Assembly: GCA_021432655.1 (NCBI GenBank)
Contig: MU271492.1
Span: 1-51,476 of the forward strand
Direction: 5' to 3'
Length of the DNA stretch: 51,476 bases
Source of the DNA: Atractiella rhizophila
Lineage: Eukaryota
Shown here: positions 28,544 through 39,000 of the stretch, piece by piece
How the letters are laid out: every line of letters begins with the position of its first letter
How positions within the stretch are numbered: position 1 is the stretch's first letter
Notes under the pieces: generated by a model
The model's database searches: none
Seen by the model: only the letters and a program-made list of their open reading frames with translations
What the model was told of the DNA's origin: nothing
Translations under genes and position numbers: made by a program

Positions 28544-29206
28544 TTATTGAGCTATGTAATTCAATACGAAAGAAGTGTACACACCCTTCTCCGTGTCCTG
28601 CACTAATCCCTCCAACACCTTCCTCGTCGCCTGCACGATCGCGACATGTTCTGCCTGATGCATCCTCGTTTCCAACTCCTCCAGCGGCTCCTCTTCTCTA
28701 AATTCCACTTCGACAACCACGATCGGTTCGCCAGCGTCAACTTCCTCCACCACATAATGTACCATCACACCCGTCTTCTTCAGCCCGTGCTCCTTACCCG
28801 CCTTCCACGCTCTTTCAATAGCTTTTGTCCCCGGAAACTGACCAGGTAGTGCAGGATGGAGGTTGATGACAGGGACCTTCATTTCCGCCAGAGGGGATAG
28901 GAACGAAGGAGAAAGGACGAGCATCCATCCCGCCAAAACGACGAGACTTGGCTTTGGTTCGTGCTCCAAGACGATCCTCGCCAACTCCCGATCGAAGTCG
29001 GACCGCGTCTTCCCGGGATTCTTGGCTAAGTAAGGCTTGAGAGCGTGCACGGTCGTTGGGACTGGTGGATCGTGGGATGCGCATCGCGTGAGCCCGTAGG
29101 CGGAGGAGGAGGAGGAGACGACGTGCGTTATCGTGCGCTTAGGAAGGGCGTCTAAGAGGGCTTGAAGGTTTGACCCGGAGCCGGATATGAGCACTGTCAC
29201 GCTCAT
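28544..29206 (-). CDS. ADE8: Phosphoribosylglycinamide formyltransferase (copy 2, probably allelic)
   Basis: Nearly identical to 26624-27307 apart from a few substitutions and the C-terminal tail. Confidence 0.85.
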   Translation of the reverse strand: MSVTVLISGSGSNLQALLDALPKRTITHVVSSSSSAYGLTRCASHDPPVPTTVHALKPYLAKNPGKTRSDFDRELARIVLEHEPKPSLVVLAGWMLVLSPSFLSPLAEMKVPVINLHPALPGQFPGTKAIERAWKAGKEHGLKKTGVMVHYVVEEVDAGEPIVVVEVEFREEEPLEELETRMHQAEHVAIVQATRKVLEGLVQDTEKGVYTSFVLNYIAQ

Positions 29207-30124
29207 GGCGAGAGTATGAGCAGGAGTAGGGGTTGGGAGCGAGAAGGATTTTTCGGGAAGATTGATTGTGGCCGGAACTTTTTCGGGCCTTCCAATGCAC
29301 ATGAAACTCACTCAGTAAACAGGATATTCCGATATTCGGAAAGGCTGAAGGAAATGTTTTGTGCAGATAACGAAGGGAGAACTGAGAGATCTGGTTACTT
29401 TGTACTTAGCGGTGGCGGTGCGTTTCTCCCTTACTTTTCGACGCCAGAGGGAGCGACTTTCCGCTTCACGAATCATGATGTATTTCTTCATCCCTCCCTG
29501 CTCTGTGGCGGATCTTCCTTTCCCCGCCAATGAACGAGATTTTCTTTGACAGGACTATCATCCTTTTTGGCGCGAGAATGAAAAGGAAAAGAGGAGGAGT
29601 ACTTCATTTGTTCTGCAGAGGCCATGAACGTTAAAAGAGCGAAGCGAAAGTATGGAACACGTGCGCACCAATACGGCGCGCTTCTTGCACGAAGCGTGGG
29701 TATGGGGGTCTGAGGAATGTGCTCCCCCAATCCAAGTTGAAGGTTGAAATTTCCTTGTACAAAGAAAAGTGCGAAGTGGAAGTTGTTCCTGGAAGGCGAC
29801 AAGGAAAAGGGAACCATGATTTCTATATTCCTTTAAACGGCCATTGCAAAAGCAAGACGTTTAATGCTTTATAATATCTGCAAGTTTAGTACTTCATTTC
29901 TGAAGGGAACAAGACCGCGAACAAAGGCGGTAATTTCGTACCACCCGCCTAGACAAAGGCAATATGCCTAGTAGCTGCTTTCAAAACCTACAACATTGCC
30001 AGCTCCAATGTGACCTTCGTAAAGGGAAACAAGGCTGCGAATAAAGAGAAGAATACGTGTATACCCATGTACCAGAATAAAAACGAAATATGTGTGTCCC
30101 CTCCTTGCGAAGATCCATGACAAG

Positions 30125-31336
30125 ATGCCTCTCCTCGATCTCCCCAACGAGCTGCTGGCGGAAATCGGCAGCTGTCTTTACAATTGTGACGCTCTGAAGC
30201 TCAGTTGCACCAACTGGACTTTCCGAAGACTTCTACTTCCACAAATTTTTCGCAAATTAAAGCTATGTAAGGAGAGGTGGAGATCAGAAACATACTATCA
30301 GCATTTTCCGAAAGCCTTCTTGCAGAAAGTTAGGTCTTTGAGCCTCCATTTCACGATATTGGACGACATTGGCGAATTGCTTCGCGACCTCGACGATTGC
30401 ACCCTTGCCCTTCAGCATTTGCTGACGACAGGTCACGTCGAGCCCTCCTCCATTCGTCAAATTTCCTTTCATTACGATCCCTGCGGCCTTGCCGTCTGGA
30501 TTTGGAATGACGACAGATTCGAAGGAGACGGGCGAGCTATTGCAGCAGTCAACAAGCTATTCAACACGTTGAGCCGATGTCCGGCCTTCGATCTCTCCTT
30601 GACACAGGAAAGGAGGTCTTTGGCATATCCAGAACTGGCCAATGACTTATTCACCTGCCTGTTTCAAACTGCTTGTTCATCTCCAAGTAACTTCGACCAA
30701 CTCAAGCTCTCTGCTCCATTGATGTGGCCATCCTTCCTACATAATCTTTCAGACCGAAAGAAATCTCTCGAGAAATTGCACATTATGTCTCTTGCTCCTT
30801 TGAACATGTCAACGATGGAGGTGGAAATCAAGGTGAAGGAGTTGATTCTCGAAGACATCGGCCCAGTCTCCCTGAACTTGTTGCTCAACTCCTGCCAGGC
30901 CACACTTCAGACTTTGAAACTCGATTTCTCCGAACAACACTGTGGTGATTGGTCTGGACTATGTGCAGCCACAAATCTCACATCCCTCACCATCTCAAAC
31001 ATGTCGTGTCTTTTCGGCGTCGACGTTATCCAAGAAATTCTCTCATATTTCTCACAATGCCCCATAGTGGACTTCAATGTCTTCTTTCAAACACGACGAC
31101 TATTCTATAGGACAAGCCATCTCAAGGAGGACGATCGTACATTGGCAATCCAGGCAACTATTCAAGGCCTTTGTAAGCTCAGGGTGCTCACCAAATCGTG
31201 GAAGGCGCTCGAACACTTCCACCTGCCATGCGTTCACATAGCAGACGAATTGACCGAGAAATGTTTGCGGCAGCTTACAAATGATCGGGTGAAGGTCTGG
31301 AGAGGTGGAATGCTCTATGCTAGAGGGGTAAACTGA
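30125..31336 (+). CDS. F-box/LRR-like protein
   Basis: MPLLDLPNELLAEIGSCL...LSCTNWTFRRLLLPQIFRKLKL (F-box), followed by LEKLHI/LQTLKL/LTSLTI repeats in an uninterrupted frame. Confidence 0.75.
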   Translation: MPLLDLPNELLAEIGSCLYNCDALKLSCTNWTFRRLLLPQIFRKLKLCKERWRSETYYQHFPKAFLQKVRSLSLHFTILDDIGELLRDLDDCTLALQHLLTTGHVEPSSIRQISFHYDPCGLAVWIWNDDRFEGDGRAIAAVNKLFNTLSRCPAFDLSLTQERRSLAYPELANDLFTCLFQTACSSPSNFDQLKLSAPLMWPSFLHNLSDRKKSLEKLHIMSLAPLNMSTMEVEIKVKELILEDIGPVSLNLLLNSCQATLQTLKLDFSEQHCGDWSGLCAATNLTSLTISNMSCLFGVDVIQEILSYFSQCPIVDFNVFFQTRRLFYRTSHLKEDDRTLAIQATIQGLCKLRVLTKSWKALEHFHLPCVHIADELTEKCLRQLTNDRVKVWRGGMLYARGVN

Positions 31337-31591
31337 CTCAGTACCCGACTTGATGACGTTTAAGCTGAAGCTTTGAGGCAGAAAAGACTTTGCCTTGTTA
31401 ACACTGCTTTTGACGTTCATTAGCAATCTTAATTTTTTCGCCGCTTCTAATCCTCCTGGCTTTCTGTACATAGCAAACCTAATTGTTTTTGATGTTCCTT
31501 TTGATTACGTTATCTGCTAAACATTAAACAGGCATCAAACACTTTGTGGTCAGAACATTGGCCCTCATGCTTGTGAACGCTGGCGGCACGC

Positions 31592-32823
31592 TCATTCCTC
31601 AAAAGGGTGAATGACAAGCTTGATTCCGCTCACTTCGTTCTTCTTGTATCGCTCAAGCCCATTGGATACGGCGCTAAGACCACCAGGAAGAACTTCATAT
31701 CGCGCACCCTATATCTCGCATTAAATTGCTTGCGTACTTTGGCAGAGAGTACGGACCACTAGGATTCTGTCCTTCAACAACTCTGGAAGTCGCTGTAAAG
31801 CGTGTTCCCGAATGGAAGCATTCGTAAATTGGCTAAAGACGTGGAAACCAGTCTTATTTTCTGTCCTCGATCTCCATTCAGTTGACGTATGATTCGATTT
31901 GGTGAGATTAATGAGCCCTCCTCCTGGCTTGAGACAGTCGAGAGCGACACCTTGAGACTCTTCCGTACCCAGAACCGCATCCACGACGACGTCCAGATCT
32001 GAATATAGGGAAGAGAGGTCGCGCAGGGAAACTGAGGAACGATCCAACACTTGAGTAGCGCCGATAGAAGTGAGGTAGGCGGTATGCTTGTTCGACGCGT
32101 ATGCCACAATCTCAGAAAAACCAAGGAACTTGAATACTTGAATACCTGGTTATCACCACACACATTTATGAGGATTGCACCTTAAGAATAATAGAGAAAG
32201 CGTGCCGAATTGACCAACGGTGCTGCTACCACCAATTATGAGTGCTCTTTTACCCTTGCATGGTTGATCCATCGAAAAGGTAGGGTTGAGTCCTAACCCA
32301 CGGGGAGGTTCGTTCATGACACCGATGATCATGGTCCCGTAGCAGACTGGAATGGTAGCCGCTTCTTCGAAGCTTACGTTGTCAGGTATCTGATTAAAAA
32401 AAGCAAGTTAGTTTCCGAGCAGCTTTGCAAAATGAGTAAACGCACGGGAAACACAATCTGTTCTGACACAGCAACATATTGTTGGAAACCTCCTCCCATA
32501 GTCCCAACCATCCTATACAAACCCTTACTGAGTTACGCTTTTGTTCTGTTTGATGAATACACTCACACTCTATCTCCAACTTTTAGCCGGCTCACTCCCC
32601 TTCCAACAGCCTGCACCGTGCCAGCAATATCACTTCCTAAAATACATGGATAAGAAGTAATGTACATTCCACTGTCATGCCTCTTAGCATCTACAGGATT
32701 TAAACCTGCCGCCATGACCTTGATTACGACTTCTCCTTCTGCGGGAGCGGGCACATCCCGACTCTGGACGACCCATCCGCCTTGGAAGAAGGGGATGACA
32801 AGGGCTTTCTGAGTGGAGACCAT
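31592..32823 (-). CDS. MDR-superfamily NADPH enoyl/quinone reductase-like protein (GroES plus Rossmann)
   Basis: PAEGEVVIKVMAAGLNPVD...YPCILGSDIAGTV...LKVGDRV; SFEEAATIP; IGGSSTVGQF; GGL...EVSGIKLVIHP. No zinc-binding Cys pattern seen. Confidence 0.85.
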
Positions 32824-33699
32824 ATTCGCTTGCTAATACTTTGAGGCTTGATGAGATCGAGGAGCTTTATATTCCTCTCTAGATCTGCTGGAGTCGATCA
32901 ACGCTTCTGAAGACATCGTTTTCCTTCACTTAGACATGGCCTCCACTTGGATAGTCTTGTCAAGCCTCTCCGCCCCCTCCTCTGCCTTCACACTGCAGGT
33001 GAGGGGCGGTTCCAGAGCGGGTGAGGAAACATGACATGGAGAAAGAGCGCTTTGCCGGTTCTGCAACTGCCAGGATGCAAAGTGGAGGAACGGCAGCGGC
33101 GGAGAAACTCAGCAGAAGCTAAACGCCGATCAAAGGGGTCAGAAACAGAAGACGGATATGTTCTGTCGCAGAACGCGAGCAGAGCAAACAAAGGACTAAT
33201 TGTCAAAAGCTGACAGCGAGACCACTCGCAGTCTCTGTGATTGATTGAGGTGATATCGTAATAGATCCTCTGTGGACGCAAAGTCAAGCACCAAACAGCA
33301 CGAGTGTTCTGCTTCTGACAAGCTTGTAAAACTGAGAGGACGCAAATGTTGACTATCCCTGCAGTTGGCCTCCTACGACAACCGTGCTCAACAATTTTTG
33401 AACAGAAGTGGTGGATAGGTCCCTCTAGCGACGTTGGCATTTTGAGGTATACAGTGGCAAGTCTCACAGGTGATGTTGTGAATACAGATATGTCTAGGTG
33501 AGTATGCAGCTTGTAGACTGGAGCAAAATTAAGTTTCTGTTTATCCGTCTCCTCCTTTCAGCTTTTGTGTTTGATAGGCGAAGAGCTGAAGGACTTTTAT
33601 AGGTTTCCACTTTTGCTAGAATGGCAGCGTTGAGCGTTTGCTTCCCTTGAAGAGGGTGTAGCTGTGAAATCCGTCTTGGTCTTTCAGGTGGATTTCTGA

Positions 33700-34405
33700 G
33701 GTTCGGCCTGTGTTCAAAATGTTGGCTCTGCTTGCATCAGATAGAAAGAACTGAGGAGCGCACCTAGACGGTGATTTGACTTCTGTCGGATCAGAGAGTA
33801 CGGGCTTGTCGGTCTTCCTCTCCCTTCCTTGTTCAATTCGGTTCAGTCCAGGCTAACTTTATTTGGCTGTAGTGGATATTATACCAGCGTTGCTCTCTCC
33901 GTCACTTCTCATCCTGACCTGGTAAAAATGATTGGATACCAGGATTCACTGTTCGGTCGGCTTTTTCAGTTCCCTTCCCTCCTCTGGAACTAGCTGATTT
34001 TTCTTCAAGATTTGTGAGGTGACAGAAATGTGAATGCGGCGCATGGTCAAGGGGAGGGATCTTCGTTAGCTGGAACTGGGGATGACGTTCCTCGGCATCC
34101 TTGATCTTTCATCTGTTCCGTTCGTTCTTCGCTTCTCTCATCTTTGTTTCTGAACTGCGCTAATGAGAGTGTGCGATGCAAAGGTTGGAATGCAGGCCTG
34201 TCCGCCGCCTCGAGTTGTTTTCCTTTCCCAATCAATCCGTCCGCTCCATTTCCTGCAAACTCGCATGCCCCATCTTCGTCTGCACTCCTTCCGTCGCGTT
34301 CAGCCACTGTTTGGTCTTTGTTCGAGTTTCAGCTTGTTTAGGGGACGTGGTAAATGGAGCGTTCGTACAGGAGCTCTGGACGAGCGATTGATTTCATCGA
34401 TCCTG
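33700..34405 (-). pseudogene. Decayed copy of the 3' half of the Cys/Met PLP trans-sulfuration gene
   Basis: Collinear similarity with indels to 41030-41620, for example gagcgcacctagacgg vs gagcgcacctaaacgg and cgagttgttttcctttcccaatcaatcc shared; residual GADGLIGKGKQLEA. The left boundary is approximate. Confidence 0.75.
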
Positions 34406-35737
34406 GGGCGGGTCAGACGAAGAGTAAGTTCGAGTGGTGGGTTGAAGGGAACACGTATACTGGGTCCTCTACCACTAAGTCGACGAAGAAGGGAAGCTAC
34501 AATATTGGATGGACGAAACCGGCCACTCTGTTGGATTCTACTAGCGGGAAGTGGTATGGAAGAAGTAGACCGCAGTATGAACAGTATAAAACGACAGATT
34601 TCGTTAGCGTCAAGGCGGCAGGTGCGAAGGGGGATGGAAAGGCGGACGATACGGACGCCATTAATAAGGTGTTAAGCGCTGTAAGCCTCCCTTCTTACCA
34701 CTCCTGCAATAGATGGATAGGCTAAGTAATTGTCTCACAGAACGCAGGTTGCAAAATCATTTGTTCGTTCTTCATCCCCCCCAAGACTTCTATTCACCTT
34801 TGCTCCTTCCCTCCCTTTAACCATGTCTCTTAACCTTTGACATGCAGACTTTGACGCCGGCATCTACCGCGTGAAGAACACCATTAAAGTCCCACCCGGA
34901 ACACGCATCGTAGGCGAATCGTACCCAGTCATTCTCGGCTATGGCGCGAACTTTGCATCCGCCTCCTCTCCCCGTCCCGTCATCCAAGTTGGCACGAAGG
35001 GCAGTAGTGGTCTGGTGGAGATTTCAGGGATGGTTTTTGGCACTCAAGCAGGGGCTGCCGGTGCGCCATTCTTTCATCCTTTCTCTTGTCGCTCTTTGAA
35101 CATGTAATTTACAAGATGGCTTGTGGTAACCGGTACAGGTGCGAAAGTCGTGGAGTGGAATATCGATGCTGGACAGAAAGGAGGGATGTGGGATACCCAC
35201 GTCCGGATTGGAGGCGCTTATGGAACCAACCTCAGGTGATCGACGATTCACAACGTAGAAAGAAGGGATCCTGAATAGAACGCAGGTATTCGCAATGCCA
35301 AAAGCAGAGGAATAATGGAAACGACTGCATTGCGGCTAATATGGGCCTTCACATCACGAGTGGCGGGAGTGGGTACTTTGAGAATAACTGGATCTGGACC
35401 GCGGACCATGATATCGGTGAGTACTTCTACATTACTTTTCGTAGGATAGGACCGGAAGAGATTGAGCGAAGCGATAACAGAGGATAAGGATCAGAGACAG
35501 ATCGATGTTTATGTGCCCAGGGGTGTGCTTGTCGAGAGTGCTAAGGGACCAGTATGGGTGCGTTCCTTTCGAGACTCAACCGCGTAAAATACGCTAACTT
35601 GACTTTACTTAGTTGGTTGGCACCGGCTCAGAGCACAACACTCTTTACCAGTTCAACGTAGCCGGAGCTTCGAACGTCTTCATGGGTATGGTCCTCCTGC
35701 TCGTGTAGTTATAGTTGACGCAGTCCCTTCTAGGTAA
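34405..35737 (+). pseudogene. Internal fragment of a GH55 exo-beta-1,3-glucanase gene (spliced, both ends missing)
   Basis: YGRSRPQYE, VSVKAAGAKGDGKADDTDAIN, FDAGIYRVKNTIKVPPGTRIVGE, MWDTHVRIGG, YFENNWIWTADHD, GTGSEHNTLYQFN. No N-terminal half; cut by the LTR at 35738. Confidence 0.85.
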
Positions 35738-36038
35738 TGAGATTTTGGCTTGGGCTAAGTTGTCCCCAATCACGAAAGCGTGAGCACGATCAAAATGGAT
35801 AATAAAGTGATTTATTACAGAGCATATAAACATACCTAAGTTGTCCCCAATCACGAAAGCGTGAGCACGATCAAAATGGATAATAAAGTGATTGGGGAAA
35901 AGGAAGAGAATTTCGCAGGCGCTCCCTTATAGTACCGGACTTGCGGTGAAGTGCCACATGTTTGCTGATGCATCAGAATGCACGGCAAACACGGCAAACA
36001 CGCTTCGCATTCCATTGTTTCCATCACCCTTTCCAACA
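35738..36038 (-). repeat. 3' LTR of the copia element
   Basis: On the minus strand it starts TGTTGG right after the PPT. The end (..ATCTCA at 35738) is inferred from the return to GH55 sequence; there is no second LTR to confirm it. Confidence 0.7.
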
Positions 36039-36045
36039 CTCCCCC

Positions 36046-39000
36046 TCACTTCACCGCACCACTCTTTTCCACCCGCAGCCCTTCACCACCTCCTACACTC
36101 GAACCAGCCGTACCGTAATATTCATTTCCGGCAAGCCCCATGAGCGCACAGAACCTCCAGTGCATCGTCGCGGCGAGGCCTTTTGTGAGCACATCTGCGA
36201 TCTGATGCCTCGTCGGTATCCATTCTAGGAGCACGGTTCCGTCCTCCACCCGTTCCCGTGTGAAGTGGTAGTGTACCGCAATGTGCTTGGTCCTGCTGTG
36301 CGCAACCGGATGGGAGGCCAGGCGAATTGCTCCTTGATTATCACCTCGAATGAGGGTCGGCTTGAGGGAAGGGTATCCAAGGTCTGTGAGCAGCCTTCTT
36401 AGCCACACTGCCTCCCTAGTTGCCACTGACATAGCTACGTATTCCGCCTCCGTAGACGATACGGCCACCGACATCTGACGCTTCGAAATCCAAGAAATAA
36501 CCGCCCCTGCGTTCCGGAAAAGGACTCCTGAGACTGATCGACGGGTAACAGGGTCCGCGGCGTGGTCAGCGTCGACGAATGCATCTAGGGAAGGGACGGG
36601 GAAAGCGTAACCGTCGTAGACTAATCCATGGTCCAACGTCCCCGCCACATATCGATATATTCGCTTCATGGCTTGCCAATGACCCATTCCAGGGTTGTTG
36701 CAATACCTTGAAACCTCTGAGACGGCGTATGCGATGTCGGGGCGAGTGCACGCGGACAAGTATATAAGGGCCCCTACTGCTTCTCTGTAAGGTATTCCAC
36801 GCATGCGCTCCCGCCCCGTTGACGAGTTTGGAGATAGGTCTGGGGAAAGTCGTTTGTTGGCTTCACAAGGCATCTGCACGGGAGATACTGAGTCGCCAAG
36901 ATACTTGCGAACAATCTTCGTCGCATACCCTTTCTGATGAATCTTCACACGTCTCCCACCGTCTTCCCCTTCTATTTGGATACCAAGGAAAACGGATGCC
37001 GGGCCAGCCTGCAACTTGAAGAACTCTTCCAGTCGGTGGAATACTTCTTCAATCAGCGTTTCGGAACTACCAACCACGAGACCGTCGTCGACATGTAGGC
37101 AAATGATCACGACGTCCTTCCCTTTCCTCATCACGTATACCCCATCATCAGCCGATGTCTGTCGGAATCCCAATGCCGTAAGCACCCCTTTTATTTTCTT
37201 CCACCATTGACGCCCTGCTTGACATAGCCCATATAGGGCCTTCCCTAACTCGTGGACTTCATTTGGTCGTTCAGCATCCACAAACCCAGGCGCTTGTTTT
37301 ACGAACACCTCCTCCTCGATTTCCCCATTAAGGAATGCATTGCTGACATCGAACTGACGGCGTACCCAACCCTCCTGAGCAGAAATGGATAGCACTGCGC
37401 GAACAGATGCCATGCGAACTGTGGGTGCCCATGTCTCTTTGTAATCGACCCCGTGCGTTTGTTGATCACCCCGTACTACTAGTCGAGCCTTGTATTTAAT
37501 CACCTCCCCGGCTGGGTCCCGCTTTATCAATAGTACCCATTTTACTCCCAGCGCCTTCCTTCCTGGTGGAAGCTTTCTCAACCCTCCTTTCCATGTTCCC
37601 ATGGCCTCCAGCGCTGCCAGCTCTGCCACCATTGCGGCAATCCAGCGGTCGCGGTCCGGTCCTGCTACAGCTTCCTTGAAAGAAGGCTCGTCCATGTTCC
37701 CCGTCCAGTAGACTTGCTCGTTTGTTTCATCTTCGTCGTGGTCGGCTGTCAGTTGGAAGGCCTTTGGGTTTCGTCTAACTTCAGCAGCCAATTCCATGAC
37801 AGGTCCGTTCATGTCCCCATTCCCATAGATCTGTGTGTAGTAGATCCCTCGCTCATGCAACTTTTTGTAGTCCCAGGCTGGCCTTCCTGCGTTCCGTGCT
37901 CCTCTCCCCTCTCTCCTCTGCCTGTACGGTGAGAATCGTGCCCGAGTCTCCTCATCTTCTCTCGCCTTTCGTATCGTCTCTTCAATATGAGATACCTTCT
38001 CTTTCACGAACGATGCATCCTCTTCTGGCTGCAAAAGTACAGTTGGCGGTCTCGCCAGCATGTCCTCGCGATTTCCCGGCTCATCCACAGCTGCCTGTTT
38101 TCGTCTCAGGGTTGGAGACGGCGGCGCATCCACATCGTCGTCGTTATTTTGACTACACTGTTCTCCGCCTCCGGTATACGTGAGGTCCCCTGGCACCTCT
38201 ATCCTTCTTCCTCCAAGCTCCCCCTCAAGTTGACTCCGTGTCACCACTTCCGCTCCCTCCTGTGGCAAAAGCATAGGTAAGAAGTCCTCTGGTTCCAATG
38301 TCCGTATCCGCTCCGTTTCTTCCTCATTTCTCCTTGTATAGAACTGGTCTTCAAAGAATCTCGCCGACTTCGCCTCTACTATCCTTCGTTTCATAGGATC
38401 CCAGAATCTCCAACCGTAACCATCCGTAACATATCCCACAAAGTACATCATCTTCGCACGAGGAAGCAGTTTAGAATCCCGTTGCTCCGGCATAATCGTG
38501 ACTGCCGCCATGCAACCAAACACCCTGATGTGGGTAGTGTCTGGCTTCCTCCCGTGGAATACCTCATACGGCGATTGATTATCCTTGTTCCCCTTCGTAG
38601 GCATGATATTCTTCATGTATACGGCGACCCTTAACGCTTCGTACCAGAGGTACAACGGTAACCCCGATTCGAGTAGGAGACAGCGGACAATGTTAAAAAG
38701 GGTATACCACTGACGTTCCCACAGACCAGCTTGATCGTGTGCATACACCATGGTCTTCATAGATGCAATATTATGCTTATTGCACCAATCCTTCATCGCG
38801 TGTGACATGAATTCTGTCGCTTGGTCGTGTCGTATTTTCCTGAGGTCTACGTCCAAGTCCCGCTTTATGGCAGCCCGTATCCCTTCCAGTAACCGTGGCG
38901 CCTCAGACTTCAGCTTCATTCCTCCAACTATCATATACCTCGATGCTTCGTCTACTGCACCAAAAACGTATCGGAAACCCTGAATACTTGACAATGTGGC

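Larger units (their letters stand above)
25813..29619 (+). repeat. Tandem duplicate of about 1.9 kb (25813-27720 / 27722-29619) covering the 3' end of UBA4 and ADE8
   Basis: The first part of the copies is polymorphic, the last several hundred bp look identical, and a single 'a' spacer sits at 27721. Confidence 0.92.

Noticed and set aside
26624..29206. True ADE8/UBA4 gene amplification
   Set aside because: The UBA4 pieces are partial and collapse to one gene; allelic contigs are the simpler explanation.
32988..33467. 159-aa ORF, and the many antisense ORFs over BCK1, gag-pol and the transporter
   Set aside because: No recognisable motifs; the antisense ORFs are explained as shadows of real coding strands.
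35755..35893. CRISPR-like repeat-spacer-repeat
   Set aside because: Eukaryotic context, only two 58-bp units, located inside an LTR, and no cas genes.
37080..37100. RT motif HVDD instead of YVDD
   Set aside because: The catalytic aspartates are retained, and this variant is not unusual in fungal copia elements.
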